DNA of 64,000 bases from an uncultured Muribaculaceae bacterium. Its GTDB lineage: Bacteria > Bacillota_I > Bacilli_A > RF39 > UBA660. Positions 9,219 to 20,100 of this stretch are shown in pieces (within the stretch, counting starts at the first letter, position 1; each line of letters opens with the position of its first letter). Under the pieces are notes generated by a model. It had not been told where the DNA came from. It was given only the letters and a program-made list of their open reading frames with translations, and searched no databases. Made by a program: the position numbers and the translations under genes. The stretch is from NCBI GenBank assembly GCA_964630365.1, contig CAZVUP010000003.1, positions 98 through 64,097 on the forward strand. Reading direction: 5' to 3'.

Positions 9219-9929
9219 ATGAAGAATGATGTAGAGGTTAAGGCTGAGAAAATTTATAAAAGAAAAGTATTTAAGAAGATAGTTAAGATTTCTTTTTTAC
9301 TATTATTAATTCTTCTATCGATAATATATTTGGTTCTGTATATTGTTTATGAAGGTGGAAGATTTACTGTTTCCTTAGATAAGAATTTGTCTAATAGGAA
9401 AAATGTTTTCTTATCAGAAAATGGTAAAATTGAAGATAAGACTCGTCAATTAGGAGCAGAAACTATTGATTATATGGATAATATTTCTGTAAAGTGGTTA
9501 CCTGATGATATTGATAATGAAGGCTATGGAGCACATAATGGTAATAACTATATTGCTTATACGTTCTTTGTTGTTAATGCAGGTAAAGAGCTTGTAAATT
9601 ATTGGTACGAAGTTGATATTGATGATACTATTTTGAATGTTGATGAAGCTGTTCGAATTATGGTGATTCGAAATGGTAAGAAGACAATTTATGCTAAGAA
9701 AAATAAGAAGACAGGACTGGCTGAAGAAGGAACTAAGAAGTTTGCTTCTAAATCGATTGCAGTTCTGGAACAAAGAAAAAATTTCAAACCCAATTCAAAA
9801 GATAAATTTACAATAGTTGTTTGGATTGAAGGGGATGACCCGGAATGTGAAAATGATTTGTTGGGTGGAGAAATTAAAATGCACATGGCTATAACAGAAG
9901 AACATGTTGATAAAAAAAGTAAGAAATAA
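9219..9929 (+). CDS. Membrane-anchored TasA/camelysin-like protein (possible fibre anchor or accessory, TapA-like role)
   Basis: K-rich N-tail, TM ISFLLLLILLSIIYLVLYIVY, then EGGRFTVSLD. The C-terminal WIEGDDPECENDLLGGEIKMHMAI is homologous to the C-terminus of the next gene. Confidence 0.6.
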   Translation: MKNDVEVKAEKIYKRKVFKKIVKISFLLLLILLSIIYLVLYIVYEGGRFTVSLDKNLSNRKNVFLSENGKIEDKTRQLGAETIDYMDNISVKWLPDDIDNEGYGAHNGNNYIAYTFFVVNAGKELVNYWYEVDIDDTILNVDEAVRIMVIRNGKKTIYAKKNKKTGLAEEGTKKFASKSIAVLEQRKNFKPNSKDKFTIVVWIEGDDPECENDLLGGEIKMHMAITEEHVDKKSKK

Positions 9930-9941
9930 AGGAGTTTTTTT

Positions 9942-10976
9942 ATGACAAAAGTGGAAGCTAAAAGAAATAGAAGAAGAAGAAAATTATTTTTTGCGATTAT
10001 AATGATATTATTTGTAGGTATTGTTTTAACTGCATCAACTTATGCATGGTTTACTGCTAATAGATCAGTAACGGTTGAGGCAATTGATGTAAATGTTTCG
10101 ACATCAGAAGGTTTACAGATATCTGTAGATGCTGTTAACTGGAAATCAATTGTTACTAATGCCGATATTACTGGTGCTAGTTGGCAAGGTGTTGTTAACC
10201 AATTACCTGCTACTACTGGTAATGGGGCAACTCCATCAAAGCCAGTATCAACAGTTGGAGCAATTAATTCATCAACAGGATTTATGAATATGTACCTAGG
10301 TAAGATTGAAACATCTGATACTGATGGTGATAATATTTTAACAGCTGTAGCTGATCCTGAAGCTAATGGAACTTCTGGAAACTATGTAGCATTTGATTTG
10401 TTCTTTAGATCTAGTAAACAACAAATGATTTATTTGACATCAAACTCAAAAGTTGTTGCTAAAGACGATTCTGCTAGTGATGGTATTCAAAATGCTGCTC
10501 GTATAGCATTTATTAATCAAGGTAGTGTTGCTTATGGTGCTGAGCCAGCAGATGCAAGAGCTAAAAAAGATGGTAACTTAGTAATGGTATGGGAACCAAA
10601 TGCGGATGTTCATACTGAGGCTGGGGTTAATAATGCTCATGATGTTTATGGCCTTACTACTACAGTTGGACCTAATGCTGCTACACTTACATATCGTGGT
10701 GTAAAGGCACCAATTGCTAAGACTGATGAACAAAAATTAAAAGGTGATAGTACAAATAATGCTAATTTCTTTGGTGATATAAGTACAACTCCAACAACTA
10801 AAGCTGGTATTCCTACTACTGGATATTTACAACTTTTACAAGTTGCTGAAGGTATTACTAAAGTTAGAATTTATATGTGGGTTGAAGGTCAAGATGTTGA
10901 CTGTGAAGACCATGCATCAGGTGGATCAATTACTTATAACTTACAATTTAGTATTGATGATAAACAAGGTGCTTAA
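9942..10976 (+). CDS. TasA/camelysin-like secreted protein with SipW-type signal peptide (candidate major fibre subunit)
   Basis: AAGGAG SD. N-terminus RRRRKLFFAIIMILFVGIVLTASTYAWFTANRS matches the TasA/camelysin GGTxAxF class. C-terminus WVEGQDVDCEDHASGGSITYNLQFSIDDKQ parallels TasA QGNSIKLQFSFEATQ (from memory). Ala/Gly/Thr-rich and visibly more GC-rich than its neighbours. Confidence 0.7.
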   Translation: MTKVEAKRNRRRRKLFFAIIMILFVGIVLTASTYAWFTANRSVTVEAIDVNVSTSEGLQISVDAVNWKSIVTNADITGASWQGVVNQLPATTGNGATPSKPVSTVGAINSSTGFMNMYLGKIETSDTDGDNILTAVADPEANGTSGNYVAFDLFFRSSKQQMIYLTSNSKVVAKDDSASDGIQNAARIAFINQGSVAYGAEPADARAKKDGNLVMVWEPNADVHTEAGVNNAHDVYGLTTTVGPNAATLTYRGVKAPIAKTDEQKLKGDSTNNANFFGDISTTPTTKAGIPTTGYLQLLQVAEGITKVRIYMWVEGQDVDCEDHASGGSITYNLQFSIDDKQGA

Positions 10977-10987
10977 TAATAATATTT

Positions 10988-11014
10988 GAGAGAGAATTTT
11001 CTCTCTTTTATTTT
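10988..11014 (+). terminator. Rho-independent terminator
   Basis: GAGAGAG-aatt-TTCTCTC followed by TTTTATTTT. Confidence 0.55.
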
Positions 11015-11041
11015 GTAATAATATATCTATTATGTTAAAAT
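11013..11041 (+). promoter_or_regulatory. Sigma-A-type promoter with extended -10
   Basis: TTGTAA-N17 (ending TGt)-TAAAAT, 27 nt upstream of the small ORF at 11068. Confidence 0.5.
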
Positions 11042-11067
11042 GTATATAGAATACCTGAGGTGATGAT

Positions 11068-11217
11068 ATGGATAATACTTTAGAATTAGAGAAATGTTCT
11101 GATGAATATTTATTAACTCTATATGATATTGTTAATAAACATTTGAAATATTTGGGTGAAAGAATAATTGAACTTGAAGATGAAGAAGAAGTTTCAGAAG
11201 AAAAGGAAAGTGAGTAG
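11068..11217 (+). CDS. Small acidic protein, 49 aa (below the ORF-track size cut-off)
   Basis: GAGGTG SD 5 nt upstream of the ATG. Product is MDNTLELEKCSDEYLLTLYDIVNKHLKYLGERIIELEDEEEVSEEKESE. Its TAG is 1 nt from the next ATG (TAGTATG), which suggests coupling. Confidence 0.45.
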   Translation: MDNTLELEKCSDEYLLTLYDIVNKHLKYLGERIIELEDEEEVSEEKESE

Positions 11218-11218
11218 T

Positions 11219-12799
11219 ATGGATACATCAATTGTTAGAAAAATAGAAATAGATAAGAATCATATTGAAAATTTTCCTTTAGAAACAGAAGATGGTACTA
11301 AAAGAGCAAAAGAAAAATATCATGTCAATCAAGTAAATCAAAGAAATAGTTATGTAAAAAAAGAAATAGAATTATTTGAAGTTTATAAAAATAATATTGA
11401 AGAAGAATTTCGAAAACGTTTGAAACTAAAAATGCCTAATGATAAGAGTGAATACTATGCAGTAAAAGAAAAAGAAATATTGAATCTGTTAGATACTGTT
11501 AAATTCAATGCTGATATTAGTAATAGTTTTAAACTAGATATTGATTTTATTTTAGCTAAAATTAATGATGAAACATCTTTGGAAGAATTAAATAATCTTA
11601 TCTTAGAGTATATTAATAAATTTAGAGAATATGGCATTAGTCTTGGAATTGATGATTTTAAATATTCAATGTTTACTGAAGAATATATGTTAGCTTTTTT
11701 TGCTGAAGATGGGGATAAACCAAAAGAGGTTTTTGATAATATTTATTTTAGTTGCCCGGATTTAATGAAACATTTAAAGATGAATTTAAGAGAAATAATT
11801 CATAAATATGATAAAGAACTTAAATCCTATGTAGACAAGTTAAAGAGTGATTGTGATTTTACTGAATTAATTAATAAATATAGTTCGGAAAAAGAAAAAT
11901 TTAATAATGAACTTATGTCTGATGAGTTTAATAATATAAATCTTTTCTTAAATAATGATTTAAATATTGATAATTATTTAGATGATTGTTCAACTCTTAT
12001 TAAAAATTATAATGATTTATGTGTTAGTGGAGATTATAAATCGTTGAGTGTCGAAGATAAAGAAAGATTTAATGGTGAAATTGGAACTTTATCTGGAGTG
12101 TTGAGGGAATTATCTAGCTATTATAAGTTTTTACCAATAATTAGTAACTTGCTTGATAGATATAAAGATAAAGCAACAATTAAGAATACCTATTCTAGTA
12201 AAAAGAAGGAATATGATAAAGAAAATAGTATTAGAGAAAAAATATATAAAGATTATTTACGTGCTAAAGGAATTGGTTTTCTCGCTAAAAATAATCCTTT
12301 GAAAATTAAGAATGCAAAACTTAAGATGAATGAGCAAGTAAGAAAACTAATTAATCTTCATGATGAATTATTAGATTTAGAAATTACTAGTAAGATTTGT
12401 GAGTTGGATGAAACTGCTAGTATATATGATTTCTTCTATAAAGCATTATCTTCATTTGATTATTTAGAAAAGATATTTAGTGATAAAGAAAATTATCCTG
12501 ATAGTTTAGAAGAGAATGTATTAAATTATTTTAAATTTTTATATAATTCTAGTAATTATTTTATTAGAAAAACTAGTGCTTTTAGTGAGGATGATATTTC
12601 AATAGTTATTGCGGAAAAATATAAATTATCTGGGATAGCTATTAATGCCGAAGAAATTAATAGTGAAAATATAGAAGAAAAGATAAAGAATGTTGAGTTT
12701 ATAAGACGAGTGCAAAGTATTGATAATTCTGATATTAGTAGGGATTTTATTAATAATATGTGTAAGATGAATGAAATAGTTAAAAAATTAGATGAATAA
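11219..12799 (+). CDS. Hypothetical K/E/N-rich, probably helical, cytoplasmic protein
   Basis: Long ORF with no TM or signal peptide. ATG 11219 is preferred over track start 11168, which would overlap the upstream small ORF. Confidence 0.65.
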   Translation: MDTSIVRKIEIDKNHIENFPLETEDGTKRAKEKYHVNQVNQRNSYVKKEIELFEVYKNNIEEEFRKRLKLKMPNDKSEYYAVKEKEILNLLDTVKFNADISNSFKLDIDFILAKINDETSLEELNNLILEYINKFREYGISLGIDDFKYSMFTEEYMLAFFAEDGDKPKEVFDNIYFSCPDLMKHLKMNLREIIHKYDKELKSYVDKLKSDCDFTELINKYSSEKEKFNNELMSDEFNNINLFLNNDLNIDNYLDDCSTLIKNYNDLCVSGDYKSLSVEDKERFNGEIGTLSGVLRELSSYYKFLPIISNLLDRYKDKATIKNTYSSKKKEYDKENSIREKIYKDYLRAKGIGFLAKNNPLKIKNAKLKMNEQVRKLINLHDELLDLEITSKICELDETASIYDFFYKALSSFDYLEKIFSDKENYPDSLEENVLNYFKFLYNSSNYFIRKTSAFSEDDISIVIAEKYKLSGIAINAEEINSENIEEKIKNVEFIRRVQSIDNSDISRDFINNMCKMNEIVKKLDE

Positions 12800-12820
12800 T
12801 ATTCATCTTTTTTTATTTTT
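12791..12820 (+). terminator. Rho-independent terminator (possibly partial)
   Basis: GATGAA-taata-TTCATC overlapping the stop, then a long T-run. Confidence 0.5.
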
Positions 12821-12844
12821 TTTGTTTTTCTTAGTTGTTTATTA

Positions 12845-12853
12845 TGGTATAAT
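12845..12853 (+). promoter_or_regulatory. Extended -10 promoter element
   Basis: TGgTATAAT, 37 nt upstream of ATG 12890. No good -35. Confidence 0.45.
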
Positions 12854-12889
12854 GAAGTATAAGGATAAAAAGATTGGTGGTGACTACAA

Positions 12890-14116
12890 ATGAATAAAAT
12901 TAAGAATATTTTGAAGAAATGTGCAACTGTATTTTTAGTTTTATTAGTATCGTTATGTATTTATACTTTTGTAGTTACAGATATCCTTAAAAAAGATTAT
13001 GTTAATGTCTTTGGCTATACTTATTTTGTTGTTGCGAGTGGTAGTATGTCAGGGACAATTGAAGTTGATGATATTATTTTTGTAAAAATTACTGATAAGG
13101 TAAAAACTGGGGATATTATCACTTATAAAAATGATGAAGGAGATATTATAACTCATAGATTAGTTGATATTAATGGCGATAGATATATTGCTAAAGGTGA
13201 TGTTAATAATGTTAGTGATGATGCTATAACTAAAGATGCTATTATTGGTAAAGTTGATAAGATTATTTCTCCAAGCTTTATATTAAAATCAATTGCAATA
13301 TTTTTGATAATATTTATATTTTTAGCATTAGTTAATTTTGATAGTATTATTAAGAAATATATAGTTAAAGAAAAGAATGTTGATACTAAGCCAAGAGGTA
13401 AGTTGCCTGATGAAATATTTAAGAATAATAGTCGTGAAGAAGAGGTATCTAGTGGTTTGACAGTAACTATTACTTTTAAAGCTATGGAAGAGTTAAATAA
13501 AGAGCATAAAAAAGAGGTAATGCGGGAAGAAAGTATAGAATTATTGGGAGAAGAAGGTTCTATAATGCTTGCACCTAGTAAGAGTGATAAAAGTAGACGT
13601 GAAGAAGAGACTATTGATGTTGTTCTTTCAATATTAAAATGTAAAAAGGGCAATAACTTAAAATCAAGAATGAATAAGAAATGGCTATTGAGATATCAAT
13701 ATATTTATAAGCTTTGTTATTTACTTATTTTAAGAAATACGGAGCAATTTGTTGAAGAGATTAATAATCCACCTTTTAAAGAAATATATGATTATGATTT
13801 GGAAAGAGTTGGACTTACAGAAGCAATTAGAAATAGGATTTATGAAATGCCAATTTATATTTTTATGTTTATTTTAACCTATACTGTTTTATATAATGAT
13901 GATGAAATGTTTGATGGAATATATAAAATATTGAAATATAAAGTTATGGTTGATTCTAGTAGTCAGTTTAAAGAAATTTCTAAACATGATACTAATTCAA
14001 TAAAACAAATAAAATCTTTAATTTCATTTATGAGAAAGATATCAAACAAGTTTGATAATAAAAAGGTTTTTGAACTTGAAAAAATTGAGAGGATTGCGAA
14101 GATAAGAAGTTATTAG
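12890..14116 (+). CDS. sipW: SipW-type (archaeal/ER-type S26) signal peptidase I with a ~250-aa C-terminal cytoplasmic extension
   Basis: N-terminal TM, then VVASGSMSGTIEVDDIIFV (Ser box), IITHRLVDI (His box) and IAKGDVNNVSDD. A second TM (SIAIFLIIFIFLALVNF) is followed by ~250 further residues not expected in SipW. Confidence 0.8.
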   Translation: MNKIKNILKKCATVFLVLLVSLCIYTFVVTDILKKDYVNVFGYTYFVVASGSMSGTIEVDDIIFVKITDKVKTGDIITYKNDEGDIITHRLVDINGDRYIAKGDVNNVSDDAITKDAIIGKVDKIISPSFILKSIAIFLIIFIFLALVNFDSIIKKYIVKEKNVDTKPRGKLPDEIFKNNSREEEVSSGLTVTITFKAMEELNKEHKKEVMREESIELLGEEGSIMLAPSKSDKSRREEETIDVVLSILKCKKGNNLKSRMNKKWLLRYQYIYKLCYLLILRNTEQFVEEINNPPFKEIYDYDLERVGLTEAIRNRIYEMPIYIFMFILTYTVLYNDDEMFDGIYKILKYKVMVDSSSQFKEISKHDTNSIKQIKSLISFMRKISNKFDNKKVFELEKIERIAKIRSY

Positions 14117-14134
14117 TACTAGGAAGTGAGAGTT

Positions 14135-17100
14135 GTGAAGATAAATAGTGTATCTAAAAAAATATTTATTTATATTAGTGCAGCTCTTACTCTAGTATTA
14201 GTAGCTTTTTTTTCATATTCTTTGATAACTGGAAAAATCTCTTTTGGTGCGCCAGAGGATGGTTGGGATGGAGTTAGTGTTGCGGCTTCATTTAAGGCAG
14301 GTAATGGAACTCAAGATAATCCATATGTTATTTCAACACCAGAAGAATTTGCTTATTTTAAGAATGTTATTGAAGGTGATAACTATACTTCTTTTTCTGA
14401 TAAATATTATATATTAGATAATGATATAGATCTTAATAATAAAGAAATTTCTAGTATTGGAAATGTTAATTTAGAAGAAGAAAGAGTCTTTAGAGGACAT
14501 TTTGATGGAGCAGGATATAAAATTAGTAATATCTTACTTTTAAATAATGGTTTATTTACTAAGACGGAAGATGCTTCAATTGATAATCTAATTTTAGATA
14601 ATATTGAAATAAGAGTAGAAGATAATAATGATATTGGGTTTTTAATAGGAGATGTTTCTTTATCAGAAGATAATACTAGTAGTTTTAATAATATAGTTAT
14701 TAATAATTTTAAAATAGATATTTCTAATATTGATAGAGTTATGAATATTAATATTTTGACTTCTAAAGTAGTGGAAAAAGTTAGTTTTAAAAATATCTTT
14801 TTAAAAGGAAAAATAATTAATAATGAGTTAGATAATACTATAGGTCTTATTAATGGGGAAATATTAGGAGATGTTTCTAATATAATTACTGATATTTCTT
14901 TAGATGGATTTGACTTTAAAAGAGAAGAAATTAATAAACAATATTTTGTTTTAGATGATGGTATTTATTTGGATAATAAGATAGTAGATACTAAGGAATT
15001 TTTAGATGTTTTTAATGATGGATTAGTTGATTATTATTGGGATTATACTGATGCGGGAATTATATTTAAGAAAAAAGAAGAAGTTATGAATAAAGTAAAT
15101 GAAACTCCTAAATTTTCTTTTTCAATTAGAAGAGCTCCTAGTATAAGTTTACATGCATCAGGAATTGAAAATAATATTGTTTATATTAATGATTTAGATA
15201 GTGATTATAATCATTATATGGGTCTTAATTATACTACTTCTAGTAGTGAGACTTTACCAACTGGAGTAAATCAAGGAATATATAGTAATGATAATTTAGT
15301 TAAAGTATATATTCATTATAGTAGTGTTGATATTAATGATGATTCTATTTTTGGAACTGTTAGTAATACTGAGGCATATAAAGATATTTATTATTATAAA
15401 TACTATCCCGTTGTTGATGGTTATGTTAGTTTTGATTTAATTGATAATCCTTGGGCTAATAGACCTAATGGTAAAGCATTTAATGGTTGGGTTGCGATTG
15501 ATGAAGCAGCTAAAGTTAGTTTAGATATGGATACTTATACTAGAAAGGTGAAGGTACCGGCTACTGGTGGAGAAACTATTAATTTAGAGTTTTTAACTTC
15601 TTGGACAGAAGCAACTACTGTTACTAGTAATTCCTTTACTAATTTAAAAAGTAGAGGAATGGTTCATTATGCTCCAACGACAGAGACTATTTATGAAGAC
15701 ATGTCTGTTTATTATGTAGAAAAAGAAATTGGTTGGAGAACTAATTATCCTACAGGGCAAAATATTTATACAACTGGTGGTACTTTAATTACGGATACAA
15801 GATGTGGTTCATTCTTTGGTTGTAGTTATTTAATTAAAAATGATACATCAGAGTATGATGCTGGTACTACTTATTATGAACTTACTTTTTTGGCTAATGG
15901 GAATGCTAATGTATCAAGACATACAGCAACTTATACGGTTGTAGTTACACCATATTTTAATAATGGAGAAAATATGGGTGGTAATTTTGAAAAAGTTACT
16001 GTAGGTAATGGTGGTAGTCTAGAAGGTTTATATAATAATACTGGTAATATTCTTAGTGGTTCATGTACAACTAATAGTTGTGTGGCATATAAATTAGTTC
16101 AATATTATGATGAAAATGGTAACTTAAGTATTGTTGATAGTAATAAAGATTATTATTATTTGGTTACTAGAGATACTAATATAATGGCTTTATCTTCAAC
16201 TGTTTCAGATGTTAATGGGTCTAAGCCAGTTACAATTACGGGATTAAATAATGGTGTTTTAAGAAATGCGACAATTAGAATTGATAGTTCTAATTATAGT
16301 TTAAGTTTAAATGCTGATACTAGAATTGAATATATTAATATTCAGTCTACGGCTAATAATTCATCATCATTAACTTCTAACTTTTCATCTTCAATTGGTA
16401 GTAATGTTATTGTTGCTAATTACAATAATTTAAAAATAGGTAGGGGAATTAATGTTACTAATAATAAAAGAATATCTGGTGTTTGGGGTGGAACAGCTCT
16501 AAGAACATCATATACTCAAGGTAGTAGTAATTCTTTAACTAGATATTCATTGATAGTTGAAAGTGGAGACTATAATAATATTTATTTTTCTGAATCTAGT
16601 CAAGCTGAAGGTACACTATTTGTAGATGCTTATTGTATACTTGGAAATGATATAGATAGAATTAAAAATAATAATAGTTCTTTAGATGTTAACTATTCAT
16701 TTCAGGGTAATGCTGGTAAAGATTTTGCAATGCGAGGAGTTAATGATTTATCACGACTTTATAATATTACTGTAAAAAGTGGTAGTTATGGTACGGGAAA
16801 AAGTGGAATTTATTCTGGTATTTATGTTGGAGGACGTGGTGGTTTAGTTCGTGGAAATAGAAGTATCATTGTTGAAGGTGGCTATATCTATTCTTTAATT
16901 GGTGGTCTTGGTCCGTTAGAAGAAGTTAAAAATTTAAATGCTATTTATATTAATTTAAAAGGTGGATCTACAGACATGGTTTTTGCGGCATCTGGTAGTG
17001 GTGATACTTATGGTAATAGAATTGTTAATGCTACTGGTGGTATTGTTAATTATGCAATTTTTGGTGGTAGTAATGGTTCAACTATTACAGCAACATCTTC

Positions 17101-20100
17101 AGATAATGGTATTTTACATGGTGATACTTTTGTCTATGTTGGAGGAAATTGTGTTGTTGGTGATACGAGTATTACAGAACCTTTATTTGGGGTTGATCCA
17201 GGATCGGTTTTTGGTGCTGGAAATGGTAATACTAATAAAGATACTTTAGGTTCAACTGATAATGCTAGTATTGTAATTGATGGTAATGCTACTATTAATG
17301 GTAATGTTTATGGTGGTGGAAACTTTGGTTCTGTTGGGGCATTAAGTGATTCTAATACTTGTCAAACAAACATTATTATTAATGGTGGAAATATTAGTGG
17401 TTCTGTCTACGGTGGTGGTAATAACCGTGGTAGTGGAAGTGATGATGTTTCATCAACTGTTAATATTGCTGTTAATAATGGTCATATTTCTTCATCTGTT
17501 TATGGTGGTTCTAGAACTAAAGGAATCATTTATGGAGATACTAACGTTACTATAAATGGCGGTGATATTGATGCCGATGTTTATGGTGGTGGTGAAGGTG
17601 GATATACTGATACTAATAACTATGGTACTTATGTTGCGGATAATGTTAGTGTTGTAGTTAATAATGGTAATATTGATGGTAATGTTTATGGTGGTAGTGC
17701 TTATGGTAGTGTTAATACTTTAGTTCAAAATGCTACAGCATCTACTTCTACTACAGAAGTTACAATCAATGGCGGAGTTATTCATGAAAATGTCTTTGGT
17801 GGAGCTAAAGGTAGTAGTGATTATACACCACAAGTTGCCGGTGATATTGAAGTTAATGTAAATGGTGGAAATGTTGGGGCTGTTTATGGAGGGTTTGATG
17901 CTTCAGGTAGTCCAACTGCTGGAGATGTTGTTTATTTAACTGATGGTATTATTGGTAATGCATATGGTGGTGGTAGAAACGCTAGTCAGGCTACTACTGA
18001 TATTAGGTTGCAAGGAGCGGATGTAACGGGAGATTTATTTGGCGGATCTAACTTGAATGGTACAATTAATACTTCTAATGTTACGGTTACATCAGGAACA
18101 GTAAGTAATATTTATGGTGGTAATAATATTGATGGTACTACTGTTACTTCTAATGTTAATGTTACTGGTGGCGATATCAGTGGAGATATATATGGTGGTG
18201 GTAATAAAGCTAGTACCACAACATCAAATGTAGTAATTACAGGTACAACTGTTAATGATATTTATGGTGGGGGGAAAGAAGCCGGTGTAGATACTACTAA
18301 TGTGGAAATAAATAATACTACTAGTGGTACTGTTTATGGTGGCTCTAATATTTCTGGTAATGTTAATAGTAGTGATGTTTCAGTAAATAATTCTACGCTT
18401 ACAGCGTTATATGGTGGTAATAACCAAGGTGGTAGAGTTGAAGATGCTACATTAGAAGTTAATAATTCAAATATTGGTAATGTCTTTGGTGGTGGAAATA
18501 ATGCACAAACTGGAGATAGTCATGTTACTGTAAATAGTGGAAATATTACTAACTTATTTGGTGGTGGAAATAACAGTGGTGGTTATACTGCATCTACTTC
18601 TGTTAATGTCACTGGTGGAGTTATTGGTACTATTTATGGTGGAGGAAATGAGGCACAAACAGGAAGTGCTACAACAACACTTGGAAGCTGTCAAGCAACA
18701 GATGTTTATGGTGGTGGTAATGCTGCTGGTGTTAATTTAAATACAGAGTTAACTATTAATTCAACAACTGTTAATAATAATATTTATGGTGGTGGTAATG
18801 AAGGAGTAGTTAATGGTAATACTAAAGTTTATGTTCATAATGGAATAATTAAAGGTAATGCATTTGCAGGAGGTAATGGTAGCAGTGCTATTGTTTATAA
18901 AAACTCAGAAATAACGATAGATGGTGCTAGTGTAATTGGGACAGAAAGTTCTGTTGCCCCTAATGGTGGTTGCGTATTTGGTTCAGGTAATGCAGCATCA
19001 ACTGGAAGTAGTAGTACGAATAATTCTAAAGCAACAGTAAATCTAGTTGGTGGAAAAGTATATGGCAATGTCTATGGTGGACCTAAGATGGCAGTTGTTT
19101 ATGGTACAACTGATACTAATATTGGTTATGCAGCAGTTAATGATAATACTTTGACTAAAGACGATATCATTATTTCTGGTACTGTCTTTGGTGGTGGTGA
19201 GTCTAATGCTAGTGGTAGTGAGACTTATGACTGGAACTTTATTTCAGTAACACAAGGGATTGATGTTAATATCAATGGTACTGGTTATAATGATAATAAT
19301 TTAGACTTTATTATTAATGGTAGTATCTTTGGCTCAGGTAATGCTTCTAGTTCTTCAGGTGAGTCAAATATTTATATCAAGAATTTAGGTACGTTAGAAA
19401 AACCAAATAAAAGTATTTCTATTCAAAGAGCAAATTACTTGGAAATTGATTCTTCTGTAATTGAACTTTCTGGTACAACAGATAGAACTAATGAATATTC
19501 AGATATCTTATATTCATTTAATATGATTGATAAGATGGTTATAAAAAATGGTACGACTTTACTATTAATGCATAATGCTAATATGTTAAAAGAATTATAT
19601 AGCGGTGTTGATAGCGGTGGTACTTTAGTACCGGCAGTTGTGGATATTGATGATGAGAATAAAACAATTACTAAAAATGTTGATAATCGTATTTATATGA
19701 AACCAGGACAAAACTTGAATGTTACAATTAATCAGGCTGCTACTGCATATGGTAAAGTTACAGGTATGACGTTCTTTGGTATGTATAGTCAATATGAGAA
19801 TGGTCATTATAACTTTGGGCTTTATGATAAGAATGTTAATTATGGTGATGCTGGATCTGCTTCAATGATGGTTGTTGGTGGTAGTTATGTTATTGGTTTA
19901 CATAGTGTAAATCACGATATTACAAAAGATGGATTTTATTCTAATTATTTGGATGAAGAATTTACAGAAGTTTCAACTGCCTATATTGATCCTAGTGAGA
20001 TAGGTGAGACTGGTTATAGATGGATTATTGGTTTTGAAGCTATAAATTATAGTTTTACGCTTAATGCTTCAAAGTATTCATCTTTGGGTACTAATGAACT

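Noticed and set aside
9498-9886. Minus-strand ORFs 9498-9773 and 9689-9886
   Set aside because: They are antisense to the TasA-like gene at 9219-9929. These are typical AT-rich shadow ORFs.
10941-11637. Minus-strand ORFs 10941-11231 and 11455-11637
   Set aside because: The first spans a terminator, a promoter and the small plus-strand ORF. The second is antisense to the 526-aa gene. Neither has start signals, and the products are Ser/Ile-rich.
13153-13653. 166-aa minus-strand ORF inside the long-tailed sipW gene
   Set aside because: It is antisense to a gene with unambiguous S26 motifs. The composition (S/L/I-rich) is typical of a shadow frame.
16962-18740. Plus-strand ORFs 16962-17249, 17346-17555 and 18537-18740 (V/L/M-rich)
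   Set aside because: These are alternative frames of the GGT/GTT-rich repeat region of the giant adhesin. They are an artefact of the repeat codon pattern.
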